Both the position numbers and the translations under genes were made by a program. A DNA stretch of 64,000 bases from an uncultured Alphaproteobacteria bacterium (GTDB lineage Bacteria; Pseudomonadota; Alphaproteobacteria; Rhizobiales; Xanthobacteraceae), in assembly GCA_963767515.1 (NCBI GenBank), contig CAVYER010000006.1, forward strand, positions 52,568 through 116,567, in the 5' to 3' direction. Shown here piece after piece: positions 41,987 to 50,827 of the stretch (positions within the stretch are counted from its first letter, which is position 1; each line of letters begins with the position of its first letter). The notes beneath the pieces were generated by a model. That model made no database searches, was not told the DNA's origin, and saw only the letters and a program-made list of their open reading frames with translations.

Positions 41987-43249
41987 ATGGCTTTGTCGGA
42001 ACGTCTGAACACGCCGATCTCCAATGCCGAGCTCGATCGCCGCTGGCGCGCGGTGCGCGCCGCCATGGAGCGTGAAAAGATCGATGTGCTGCTGATGCAG
42101 AACAACAACGATCACATGGGTGGCTATGTCCGTTACTTCACCGACATGCCGGCGACCAACGGCTATCCCAACACTGTGGTGTTCCCGCGCGACGATGAGA
42201 TGACTGTCGTCTGTCAGGGTCCGTTCGGCGGCAGTGAACCCACCGCGCAGGCCGATGTGACCGGCGGTTCCATTACCCCGCAGAAGGCGGGCGATACATC
42301 GTTCGATCTGAAGGGACGCCTGACGCAATGGCGCGGCGTCAAGCACATCCTCACCACGCCGAGCTATGCCTCCGCGCATTACACAAAAGGATACGATCCT
42401 GAACTCGCTGCGTCGGCGCTCAAGCCCTTCGCCAAAAGCACCATCGGCTATGTCGGCACCTATCAAATGTCCTATGCGTTGCTCGACTATGTGAAGCGCG
42501 CTTTTCCGCAGGCGCGCTTTGTCGATGCATCCGACATGGTCGACAGGATCAAGGTCATCAAGAGCCCGGAAGAAATGGAATTGGTAAAACGCGCGGCCTT
42601 GATGCAGGACGGCGCGATGCGTGCCGCGTTCGCCGCGGTGAAGCCAGGCATGCGCGACACCGAGGTGGCCGCTGTCGCGCAATGGTACAGCCAGTGCCAC
42701 GGAAGCGAGAATGGCATTTATCTTTGCGCCTCGATGCCGCTCGGCCAGCCGTCGAAATTCGGCAATCGGCATGTGCAAAACCGCATCATCCAGAAGGGCG
42801 ACCAGATCGCGCTTCTGGTCGAGGACAACGGACCAGGCGGCATGTACACGGAGCTCGGGCGGTCCTGCGTGGTCGGCGCCAAAGTGCCGCAGGCGATGAA
42901 AGATGAACTCGCGTTCTGCCAGGCATCGCGCAAGTTCACCCTCGACCTGCTCAAGCCCGGCACGCCCTGCAAGGACATCTGGAACGCCTTCAACGATTTC
43001 ATGCGCAAGAATGGCCGTCCGACCGAGGCGCGCCTTTATTGCCATGGGCAGGGCTACGATCTGGTCGAGCGCCCGTTGATCCGTCACGACGAGCCAATGA
43101 CCATCGAAAAGGACATGAATATTGTCGTCCATCCGACCTATATCCATGCCGGCTATCTGAATTGGCTGTGCGACAATTACCTGATTGGGGGTAATGGGCC
43201 GGGCGACCGGCTGCACCAGTTCCCCGAGGAGGTCATTGAGGTCGGTTAG
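41987..43249 (+). CDS. M24 (creatinase/aminopeptidase P fold) protein with atypical metal site
   Basis: N-terminal creatinase domain, IKS.EE, GGMYTELGRS, HGQGYDLVERP, VVHP. Confidence 0.85.
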   Translation: MALSERLNTPISNAELDRRWRAVRAAMEREKIDVLLMQNNNDHMGGYVRYFTDMPATNGYPNTVVFPRDDEMTVVCQGPFGGSEPTAQADVTGGSITPQKAGDTSFDLKGRLTQWRGVKHILTTPSYASAHYTKGYDPELAASALKPFAKSTIGYVGTYQMSYALLDYVKRAFPQARFVDASDMVDRIKVIKSPEEMELVKRAALMQDGAMRAAFAAVKPGMRDTEVAAVAQWYSQCHGSENGIYLCASMPLGQPSKFGNRHVQNRIIQKGDQIALLVEDNGPGGMYTELGRSCVVGAKVPQAMKDELAFCQASRKFTLDLLKPGTPCKDIWNAFNDFMRKNGRPTEARLYCHGQGYDLVERPLIRHDEPMTIEKDMNIVVHPTYIHAGYLNWLCDNYLIGGNGPGDRLHQFPEEVIEVG

Positions 43250-43324
43250 CCAAACCGCCCGGCCCCGCTTGACCGGCAGGCGCGCGCGGCGCAAATCTCC
43301 GCCTCTCAGGTGGAGATGACAACA

Positions 43325-44296
43325 ATGAAAAAGGTTCTGTTTGCTGCGGCCGTTGCCGCGCTGGCGTTGGCCGGACCAGCTGCCGCCGATGACTTTCCTA
43401 CGCGCCCGGTCACAATGGTCATTCCGTTCGCCGCGGGCGGGCCGCAGGACACGATCGGCCGCATCATCGCTCAGCGCATGGGCGAATTGCTCGGCCAGTC
43501 GGTGATCGTCGAGAACGTCGGTGGCGCCGGTGGCATGACCGGCTCCAAGCGTGTCGCCGATGCCAAGCCCGATGGCTACACCATGATCCTCGGCAGCGTC
43601 GGAACCCACGCTCAGAACCAGACGCTCTACAAACGTCCCCTCTACAATGTGGTGACCGATTTCACGCCGGTCGCATATCTTGCGGTGACACCGATTGCGA
43701 TTATCGCGCGGCCCGATTTGCCGGTGAGCAACTTCAAGGAATTCATTGCGTACGCCAAAGCCAACCAAGACAAGATGCAATATGGCTCGGCCGGCGCCGG
43801 CTCGGCCACGCATCTTGCTTGCGTGGTGCTCGACAGCGCGATGGGCACCAAGATCACGCACGTACCGTACAAAGGCACCGGCCCGGCCATGCAGGACCTG
43901 GTCGGCGGCCGCATCGACTACCTGTGCGACATCATCGCTACCGCCAAGCCGCAGATCGACGGCGGCAAGGTGAAGGGCATCGCCATCATGACCAAGGAGC
44001 GCTCGCCGGTTCTGCCGAATCTCGCAACCACCGGCGAACAGGGTCTCGACGTGCAGGCTTATACCTGGAGCGCACTGTTCCTGCCGAAAAACGCTCCGGC
44101 TGACGTCGTGAAGATCCTCAACAAAGCCGCGGTCGACGCCATCACGACGACGTCGGTGCAGGAGCGCCTGGCGAAGCTTGGCGCGACGGTTGCCGCGCCG
44201 AACGAGCGCAGCCCGCAGTGGCTCGGCGATTTCGTCAAGAGCGAAGTCAAGAAGTGGGAAGCGCCGATCAAGGCGAGCGGCGTGCAGGTCGAATAA
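43325..44296 (+). CDS. Bug/TctC substrate-binding protein
   Basis: Signal peptide, PFAAGGPQD, VENVGGAGG, HVPYKG. Confidence 0.93.
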   Translation: MKKVLFAAAVAALALAGPAAADDFPTRPVTMVIPFAAGGPQDTIGRIIAQRMGELLGQSVIVENVGGAGGMTGSKRVADAKPDGYTMILGSVGTHAQNQTLYKRPLYNVVTDFTPVAYLAVTPIAIIARPDLPVSNFKEFIAYAKANQDKMQYGSAGAGSATHLACVVLDSAMGTKITHVPYKGTGPAMQDLVGGRIDYLCDIIATAKPQIDGGKVKGIAIMTKERSPVLPNLATTGEQGLDVQAYTWSALFLPKNAPADVVKILNKAAVDAITTTSVQERLAKLGATVAAPNERSPQWLGDFVKSEVKKWEAPIKASGVQVE

Positions 44297-44341
44297 AGCA
44301 AACGCGGCCTTGCCGGTGCGCGTTAGGATAAGGAGTCGACG

Positions 44342-44743
44342 ATGGCCGACATCAAGATTCTCAATCCCGACGCGCTCGGCAAGCCGCTCGGGCAATATTC
44401 GCAACTCACTCGCGTGAAGGCGTCGGAATTCATTTTCATTGCGGGACAAGTGGGTGTCGACCGTGACGGCAAGGTTGCCGATGACTTCGATGCCCAATGC
44501 GTGCAGACCTTCGCCAACATCGAAACAGCACTGAAATCGGTCGGCGCCGGCTGGGGCAATATTGTGCAGTTCACGACTTATCTGGTGCACTCGCAGGATA
44601 TTCCGAAGTTCATGAAATATCGCCTGCGCGAATTTCCGAAAATGTTTTCGAATGGTGCCTACCCACCCAATACGCTGCTGATGATCGACCGGCTGGTGCA
44701 GGAACCGCTGCTGGTCGAGGTACAGGCGGTCGCGGCGCTGTAA
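44342..44743 (+). CDS. RidA/YjgF family protein
   Basis: YSQ, FIAGQVG, FANI...L, LVEVQAVA; AGGAG RBS. Confidence 0.9.
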   Translation: MADIKILNPDALGKPLGQYSQLTRVKASEFIFIAGQVGVDRDGKVADDFDAQCVQTFANIETALKSVGAGWGNIVQFTTYLVHSQDIPKFMKYRLREFPKMFSNGAYPPNTLLMIDRLVQEPLLVEVQAVAAL

Positions 44744-44747
44744 CGCA

Positions 44748-44912
44748 CCGTTCATTCCCGCGCATAGCCGTCCGAAGGACGGCGTGCTTCGCACACCTAT
44801 GCGAGAATCCAGAGCGGCAATTCGCTGACCATGATTTTTGAGGCTGGGTCCCCATCGCACGAAATAACGCCAACATCGGGTAGACCCGATGTTGGCCCGC
44901 GGGGACGAGCGG
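44748..44912. repeat. Composite REP pair (family B) with hairpins inserted in both palindromes
   Basis: cattcccgcg[catag...ctat]gcgagaatccag and ctgggtcccc[...gccaacatcgggtagacccgatgttggc]ccgcggggacgagcgg; between convergent genes. Confidence 0.8.
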
Positions 44913-44920
44913 AGAACGAT

Positions 44921-45307
44921 TCACTTCGGCGGGTCCATCAGGCTGACGTGGGCGGCGACCACGCGCCAGCCTTCCGGAAATTTCACCCAGCTCTGCATCT
45001 GGCGGCCGATCTTGCCGGGCGCCGACGGCCGTTCGTACAGCGTCGAGGCCACCGCAAACTCCTTGCCATAGGTTGTAATCACTGTGCGCGACAGCTTGCG
45101 CCCCAGCGCGACCGGCGACCGTGCTCCGCGAAATGATTTGATCTCCGCAGCGCCATACAGGATTTCGTTCACGCCATATCGGATGGTGCGCGAGTCATCG
45201 CGAAACAATTCGTCAAGGGTTGGCACGTCGTTGCTCACGAGAGCCTTTTCATAGCGTTCGAACGCCGTTGTGACCTCGGCGACAACGTCAGGCAAATCAA
45301 TTTCCAT
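44921..45307 (-). CDS. hpxZ: HpxZ/AtzH-like (DUF3225) protein
   Basis: MEIDLP.V.AEV...FERYE.AL, TIRYG..E.LYG, GRQMQSW, GWRVVAAHVS; AAGGAG RBS. Confidence 0.85.
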   Translation of the reverse strand: MEIDLPDVVAEVTTAFERYEKALVSNDVPTLDELFRDDSRTIRYGVNEILYGAAEIKSFRGARSPVALGRKLSRTVITTYGKEFAVASTLYERPSAPGKIGRQMQSWVKFPEGWRVVAAHVSLMDPPK

Positions 45308-45332
45308 TTCGGGCTCCTTCCCCTCCGCTTTC

Positions 45333-45497
45333 TCATTGTCGGGCATAGCCGTTCGAAGAACGGCATCGCTTTGCTCGCCTATGACCCCGTTCGCGCCACA
45401 AATCACCCGCCTTACTGATCCACTTTTCAAACAGTCAGGCAACTCTCTCGCCTCATGGTGAGGAGCGCCGCGCAGCGGCAAGTCTCGAAGGATGAGG
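45333..45497. repeat. Degenerate REP elements (family A with inserted module, plus a cctcatggtgaggag...atgagg palindrome)
   Basis: cattgtcgggc[atagccgttcgaagaacggc...ctat]gaccc at 45334-45387; cctcat...atgagg at 45451-45497. Confidence 0.7.
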
Positions 45498-45554
45498 TCT
45501 GAGCTGGCCAACGCCGCGCGTGCCGGCTTTAGCCGGTTCGCGTCAAGGCAAGCG

Positions 45555-46100
45555 TCATCGCCCGGATTTTTGGACAGGCGCCAGGAGCCGCCTGCATTTC
45601 AGCTTGCGCGTCGCCCGGAAAAGAACCGAGGGCGCGCGGGACGCCAAAGGTCACAATGGACCCACGGGCCTCGACGCCTCGCGACATCGAGGCTTGTCGA
45701 AGTCCTTTGTAGTGCCCGCCTTCCCCCCGATCAGGTCGGGGGTTCAGCAAGGCACGCCGCAAGTCCGCCAAAACCCAAGGCGTCCCGCGCGCGGTGTTTT
45801 TAAGGTTTGCTCCGCGCCGTCCCCGGTGGTCGTCCGTTCGTCACGCGTTCCCTAGAAACCGTCCGTGACACTCCACCGTTGAGGCCCTGGCACCTCAGCC
45901 AGCGATGCTTCTGACCGCCCGCCGGCTTACCAGCCGTCAGCGGGGCCTTCGGCGTGCGGCAGGCACGCCGGGATGCAAGGCGCGGCTTGGACCGCCGGGT
46001 GGGAAACATGCGCCGCATCTCCGACGCCCCAATCCCGGCCACCGCTCCCCGCCCCGCGTCTGGAGAAGCTGATCAGACACCCCTCGGTAACGGGGCGGGA
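45555..46100. ncRNA. Candidate large structured non-coding RNA or structured repeat element
   Basis: At least eight nested stems including a perfect 14-bp long-range pair; no credible CDS; AT-rich promoter-like block at 46101-46140. Confidence 0.55.
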
Positions 46101-46261
46101 TAAATATAGGAAAACATACCTTAGGAATAAAGTCAAGAGACAGTGGACATCCCGGCTGGCGCCCGCGCGCGGCGATGACGTAAGGTGGGCAATAGAGTGG
46201 GCCATCAAGCCTGCCATGACGACAACACGCCGTACGACGTTTTGAATTCGGGAGGATTGCC

Positions 46262-47227
46262 GTGAAAGCCTTGAGATCGCTGCTGATTGGACTGGCGCTG
46301 CTGTGCCCGACTTTGGGCCTGGCGCAGGATTTCCCGACCAGGACCATCCGGCTGGTCGTGCCATTTCCGCCCGGCGGGCCGAACGACATCATCGCGCGCG
46401 TCGTCGGCCAGCGCATGTCGGAAATCCTCAAGCAGACGATCGTCATCGACAACCGCTCCGGACAGGGCGGCGTGGTTGGCACCGACGTGGTCGCGAAGGC
46501 CGCGCCGGATGGCTACACAATCGCGATCGCCAGCGCCGGCGCCCTCGCCATCAGTCCGAGCATGGAGAAGGTCGCCTACGACACGCTCAAGGATCTGCAG
46601 CCGATCACGCTCGTCGCCAAAGTGCCCGAGATGCTTGTGGTCGCGACCAACGTTCCCGCCAGCAACATGAAAGAGTTGATAGCGCTCGCGAAGTCGCAGC
46701 CCGGCAAGCTCAATTTTGCGTCTTCCGGCCCCGGCAGCATGCCGCACCTGGCCGGCGAACTGCTCAAGCTCACCGCCGGCATCAATATCGTGCACGTGCC
46801 CTATCGCGGCGCGGCTCCGGCGGTGAACGACCTGCTCGCCCAGCAGGTGCAAATGGTCTTCCTCGATCTGCCTGTGTTGTTGCCGCAGATCAAGGCCGGC
46901 AAGCTCAAGCCGATCGCGGTCGGCACCACGCAACGCGTGCCAAGCGCGCCTGATGTACCGACAACTGTCGAAGCGGGCATGCCCGATCTGCAAACCGAGA
47001 ATTGGTACGGCATGGTCGCGCCGGCAAAGACGCCGCCGCAGATCGTCGCCGCGCTCAACAAGGCGGCGGTCGAAGCCATGAAAGATCCGGCCGTCGTCGA
47101 AAAACTTGCCAGTCAGGGCGCGATCCTGGTCGGCGATTTACCTGAACATTTCCGCGACTACATCGCCAGCGAGACCAAGAAATGGGCAAAAGTGATCGCG
47201 GACGCCGGCGTACAGACCGAGAAATAA
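46262..47227 (+). CDS. Bug/TctC substrate-binding protein
   Basis: PFPPGGPND, DNRSGQGG, HVPYRG, WYGMVAP; GGAGG RBS. Confidence 0.93.
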   Translation: MKALRSLLIGLALLCPTLGLAQDFPTRTIRLVVPFPPGGPNDIIARVVGQRMSEILKQTIVIDNRSGQGGVVGTDVVAKAAPDGYTIAIASAGALAISPSMEKVAYDTLKDLQPITLVAKVPEMLVVATNVPASNMKELIALAKSQPGKLNFASSGPGSMPHLAGELLKLTAGINIVHVPYRGAAPAVNDLLAQQVQMVFLDLPVLLPQIKAGKLKPIAVGTTQRVPSAPDVPTTVEAGMPDLQTENWYGMVAPAKTPPQIVAALNKAAVEAMKDPAVVEKLASQGAILVGDLPEHFRDYIASETKKWAKVIADAGVQTEK

Positions 47228-47246
47228 ATCAACCGGCGATTTTGCA

Positions 47247-47870
47247 ATGGTGTCGGCCGAAAACTTCGTATTGCGTTCGACGGTCACTTCGCCATTCGGG
47301 CGCAAGGCGCGCATGGCAATTGACGCGCTCGGTTTGACCGGGCGCGTGACGGTCAAGCCGGCCGATCCGCTCGACGAGAATGACACGCTGCGCCAGCAGA
47401 ACCCGCTCGGCAAGATGCCGTGCCTGGTGCTGGCCGACGGCAGCACGATCTATGACAGCGGCATCATCATCGAATTCCTGCAAGAGGCCGCGGGCACCAA
47501 TCGCCTGTTGCCGCTGCGCGGGCCTGCGCGCTTCAAGGCCTTGACGCTGGCGCGGCTCGCCGACGGCATCATGGATGCATCCATCCTGATCGTTTACGAC
47601 AACCGCTTCCGTCCCGGCCTGCCGCCCTCGCCGCGCTGGCTTGATCACCAGCGCGGGAAGATCATGCGCGGCCTCGCCGCATTCGAAGCCTCCCCGCCGG
47701 ATCCGGAAAAAACCGACGTCGTCTCGATCGGCCTTTCCTGCGCGCTCGGCTATCTTGATTGGCGCAAGCAGGTTGACTGGCGCCCGGCGTTTCCAGGCCT
47801 CGTCACTTGGCTCGACCGGTTTTCCGCGCATGAGCCGGCCTTCGAACGTACGCGCGCCAAGGACTCATGA
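47247..47870 (+). CDS. Glutathione S-transferase family protein
   Basis: SPFGRK, NPLGKMPCL, YDS..I.EFL, CALGYLD. Confidence 0.88.
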   Translation: MVSAENFVLRSTVTSPFGRKARMAIDALGLTGRVTVKPADPLDENDTLRQQNPLGKMPCLVLADGSTIYDSGIIIEFLQEAAGTNRLLPLRGPARFKALTLARLADGIMDASILIVYDNRFRPGLPPSPRWLDHQRGKIMRGLAAFEASPPDPEKTDVVSIGLSCALGYLDWRKQVDWRPAFPGLVTWLDRFSAHEPAFERTRAKDS

Positions 47871-48787
47871 TGCTGCACGGCGCCGATACACCCGCGGACC
47901 CGCCTTATTGGATGGCTGCGCCCAGCAAGCCGAAACTGAAGCTCCCTCCCGGGGCATGCGATGCGCATGTCCATGTATTCGGGCCGCGCGCGCGCTTTCC
48001 TTTTGCCGAAGGCCGCCGCTACACGCCATCCGACGCCACCAAGGAGATGTTGTTCGCGCTGCATGCGCGCCTTGGCATCGACCATTGTGTGATCGTGCAG
48101 CCCAACTGCCACGGCACCGACAATTCGGTAACCGAGGACACCGTCGCCGCGACCGGCGGCGCCTATAAAGGCGTGGCGCTGGTTTCAACCTCGATAGCGG
48201 ACACGGAGTTGAAACGGCTCGCCGCTGCCGGCCTTACCGGGGCGCGTTTTCACTACATGGAGCATCTCGGCGCCGGGGCGACGATCGATGAAGCCGTTGC
48301 ATTCGGCAAACGCCTTGCCGATGTCGGCTGGCATTTGCAGATTCACATGGACGGCGATCGCATTGCCGAACTCGCGCCCGCGCTCAGGCGTTCGCCGGTG
48401 CCGGTGATGATCGACCATATCGGCCGCATCGATGCGTCACGGGGGCTGGAACAGCCTGCCTTCCGCGCACTACTCACATTGATGCAAGACAAGAATGTGT
48501 GGATCAAGGTGAGCGGAACCGACCGGGCGACACGGCAAGGCCCGCCTTATGCCGACGCGGTGCCGTTCGCCCGCAAGCTGGTGGCGGAATTCGGCGATCG
48601 CGTCGTCTGGGGCACCGACTGGCCGCACCCCAACCATGCGCCGCCGGTGGTCGACGACGGATTGCTGGTGGATATTCTTGCCGAGATCGCGCCCGGCGCA
48701 TCCGCGCTCCAGGCGTTGCTGGTGGATAATCCGCAGCGCTTCTATCGCTTCGCGCCGCCGCGCCGTTTGACCGGAACAGCAACATGA
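47867..48787 (+). CDS. Amidohydrolase_2 family lactonase (LigI-like)
   Basis: PPGACDAHVHVFGP, HGTDNS, DHIGR, WIKVSG, WGTDWPHPN, LVDNP. Confidence 0.88.
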   Translation: MMLHGADTPADPPYWMAAPSKPKLKLPPGACDAHVHVFGPRARFPFAEGRRYTPSDATKEMLFALHARLGIDHCVIVQPNCHGTDNSVTEDTVAATGGAYKGVALVSTSIADTELKRLAAAGLTGARFHYMEHLGAGATIDEAVAFGKRLADVGWHLQIHMDGDRIAELAPALRRSPVPVMIDHIGRIDASRGLEQPAFRALLTLMQDKNVWIKVSGTDRATRQGPPYADAVPFARKLVAEFGDRVVWGTDWPHPNHAPPVVDDGLLVDILAEIAPGASALQALLVDNPQRFYRFAPPRRLTGTAT

Positions 48788-49584
48788 GCGGACGCCTGCA
48801 AGACCGCATCGCGATCGTCACCGGCGCGGGCTGCGTTGGACCGGGCTGGGGCAACGGGCGCGCCACCGCGGTGCGCTTTGCCGAGGAAGGAGCCAAAATA
48901 TTCGCCGTCGACCGCGATCTCGACAGCGTCACGGAAACCGTCGAGCGCGTGAATAAGGCAGGCGGCGAGATCGTCACACATCAGTGCGATGTGACCGGCG
49001 CTGCGTCGGTCGAGGTCATGGTGAAAACCTGCCTCGATCGTTTCGGCCGCATCGATGTGCTGGTCAACAATGTCGGCGGCTCGGCTCATGGCGGCCCCGT
49101 CGAAATGAGCGAAGATGTTTGGGATGCGCAGGTCAACTCCAACCTGAAAAGTATCTTTCTCACTTTGAAGCACGTGCTGCCGGTCATGGAACGCCAGAAA
49201 AGCGGCGCCATCGTCAATATTGCATCGACATCCGGCCTGCGCTGGACCGGCTCGGCCCAAGTCGGTTATGCCGCGACCAAGGCCGGTGTCATCCAGCTAT
49301 CGCGGGTGGTCGCCGTACAATATGCCGCGAAGGGGATTCGCGTGAATTCCGTGGTGCCGGGGCAACTGCACACGCCGATGGTGGAGGTGCGTCTTGCCAA
49401 GCAACGCGCGGGCGGCGATGTCGAAGCGCTATTGAAATCGCGACTCGAGCGAATTCCGATCGGTTTCATGGGCGATGGGCAGGACACTGCCAATGCCGCG
49501 CTGTTCCTCGCGTCCGACGAGGCGCGCTTCATCACCGGCACGGAAATTGTCGTGGACGGCGGCATGGTCGCGCGCTGCGATTAG
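48784..49584 (+). CDS. Short-chain dehydrogenase/reductase
   Basis: TGAG....GWGNG, NNVG, YAATK, ITG.EIVVDGG. Confidence 0.92.
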   Translation: MSGRLQDRIAIVTGAGCVGPGWGNGRATAVRFAEEGAKIFAVDRDLDSVTETVERVNKAGGEIVTHQCDVTGAASVEVMVKTCLDRFGRIDVLVNNVGGSAHGGPVEMSEDVWDAQVNSNLKSIFLTLKHVLPVMERQKSGAIVNIASTSGLRWTGSAQVGYAATKAGVIQLSRVVAVQYAAKGIRVNSVVPGQLHTPMVEVRLAKQRAGGDVEALLKSRLERIPIGFMGDGQDTANAALFLASDEARFITGTEIVVDGGMVARCD

Positions 49585-49825
49585 GACGTGTTTCCGCTAC
49601 CGCAGAACGTCGACCATTGTAGCCACCAACACGAATGACCCCATGCCTGCGAACGTGATGATCGCCGACACCCTGCCGACAACAACACAGCAATAGTTGA
49701 ATGCGGATCTGAACTGCATGACGCAATGATAGGCCACCCACGCATTGGCTTTGCGTGACCCCGCTCACACTCATGAAAAAATGAATGTTGCCCGCTGCCC
49801 GGTCCGTCAATAACGGTAACCGGCT

Positions 49826-50827
49826 CTACCGATTGAGCCACCGCCGCGCGAAGCCAAGCAGCCCCTGCGGCAGAAATATAACCATCGCAATGAAGATAAA
49901 CCCGAGCGGAACCAGATAAGGGAACTGGTCGCCGAAGATGCGCGCCATAAGTTCGCGCAAAAGCTGGAAAAACCCCGCGCCGACGATCGGACCGACCAGC
50001 GTGCCGATGCCGCCCAGGACGTTGAAGATCACCGTGTCGCCGGAGGTGATGAAATAGACGAAATCCGGCGCGGCGAATTCGTTCTGGATCGCGTAAAGCA
50101 CACCGGCCAGCCCCGCGAACAACCCCGATAGCATGACCGATACGATCTTGTAGCGCTCGACCGGATATCCAATCGCGCGCGTGCGGGCTTCGTTCTCACG
50201 GATCGATTGCAATACCATACCGAACGGCGATTGCGTCACCCGTCGCAAAACCAGATACGACCCCGTCACCACCGCCAGCACGAACCAATGCATCGTCGAT
50301 GATGTAAAGCGCACATCAAGAAGGAACGGGATTGTGAAATGGGGCCGCGTGAAGATCAGCCCGTTTTCGCCGCCGGTGACCGTCGTCCAGGTAAAGATAA
50401 TGACGTAGAAGATCTGGCTGAAGATCAGCGTGGTGATGGCGAAATAGATATCGCGCAGGCGGGTGGAAAAATAGGCCACAAACAGGGCAACGACGGCGGC
50501 GCCGATCAGTCCGAACACTATCGCCAGCCAGAGATTGGGCGGGCTAAAGAGTAAGAGCGCAGCCGCCGCGCCATACATGCCGAGCCCGAAAAACGCCGAG
50601 TGGCCGAAGGAAATCATGCCGGTGTATCCGATCAGCAGGTCGGACGACATCGCCAGCAGCCCCCAGATCAGGACCTCGGTCAGGAAACGGCGCCAGAATT
50701 CCGGTAACACCAGCGGTGCGACGATCAGCACCGCCATCACGGCGCAAAAGCTGATCCAGTAAACGGTGGTGTGGCTCAATCCGGCTTTTTTGAGCGGCAT
50801 CGCTTTATCGAGGGGCGCGGTCGTCAT
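49826..50827 (-). CDS. Liv-type ABC permease (LivM-like), second system
   Basis: GMISFGHS, YFAITTL, TGGENG, SIRENE. Confidence 0.9.
   Translation of the reverse strand: MTTAPLDKAMPLKKAGLSHTTVYWISFCAVMAVLIVAPLVLPEFWRRFLTEVLIWGLLAMSSDLLIGYTGMISFGHSAFFGLGMYGAAAALLLFSPPNLWLAIVFGLIGAAVVALFVAYFSTRLRDIYFAITTLIFSQIFYVIIFTWTTVTGGENGLIFTRPHFTIPFLLDVRFTSSTMHWFVLAVVTGSYLVLRRVTQSPFGMVLQSIRENEARTRAIGYPVERYKIVSVMLSGLFAGLAGVLYAIQNEFAAPDFVYFITSGDTVIFNVLGGIGTLVGPIVGAGFFQLLRELMARIFGDQFPYLVPLGFIFIAMVIFLPQGLLGFARRWLNR

Noticed and set aside
45308-45511. N-terminal extension of hpxZ in the ORF track
   Set aside because: Runs through REP elements; a strong RBS and the family start fit ATG 45307.
45492-46482. Short overlapping ORFs within the structured element
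   Set aside because: Arg/Pro/Ala-rich, no motifs or RBS, mutually overlapping; better explained as non-coding.
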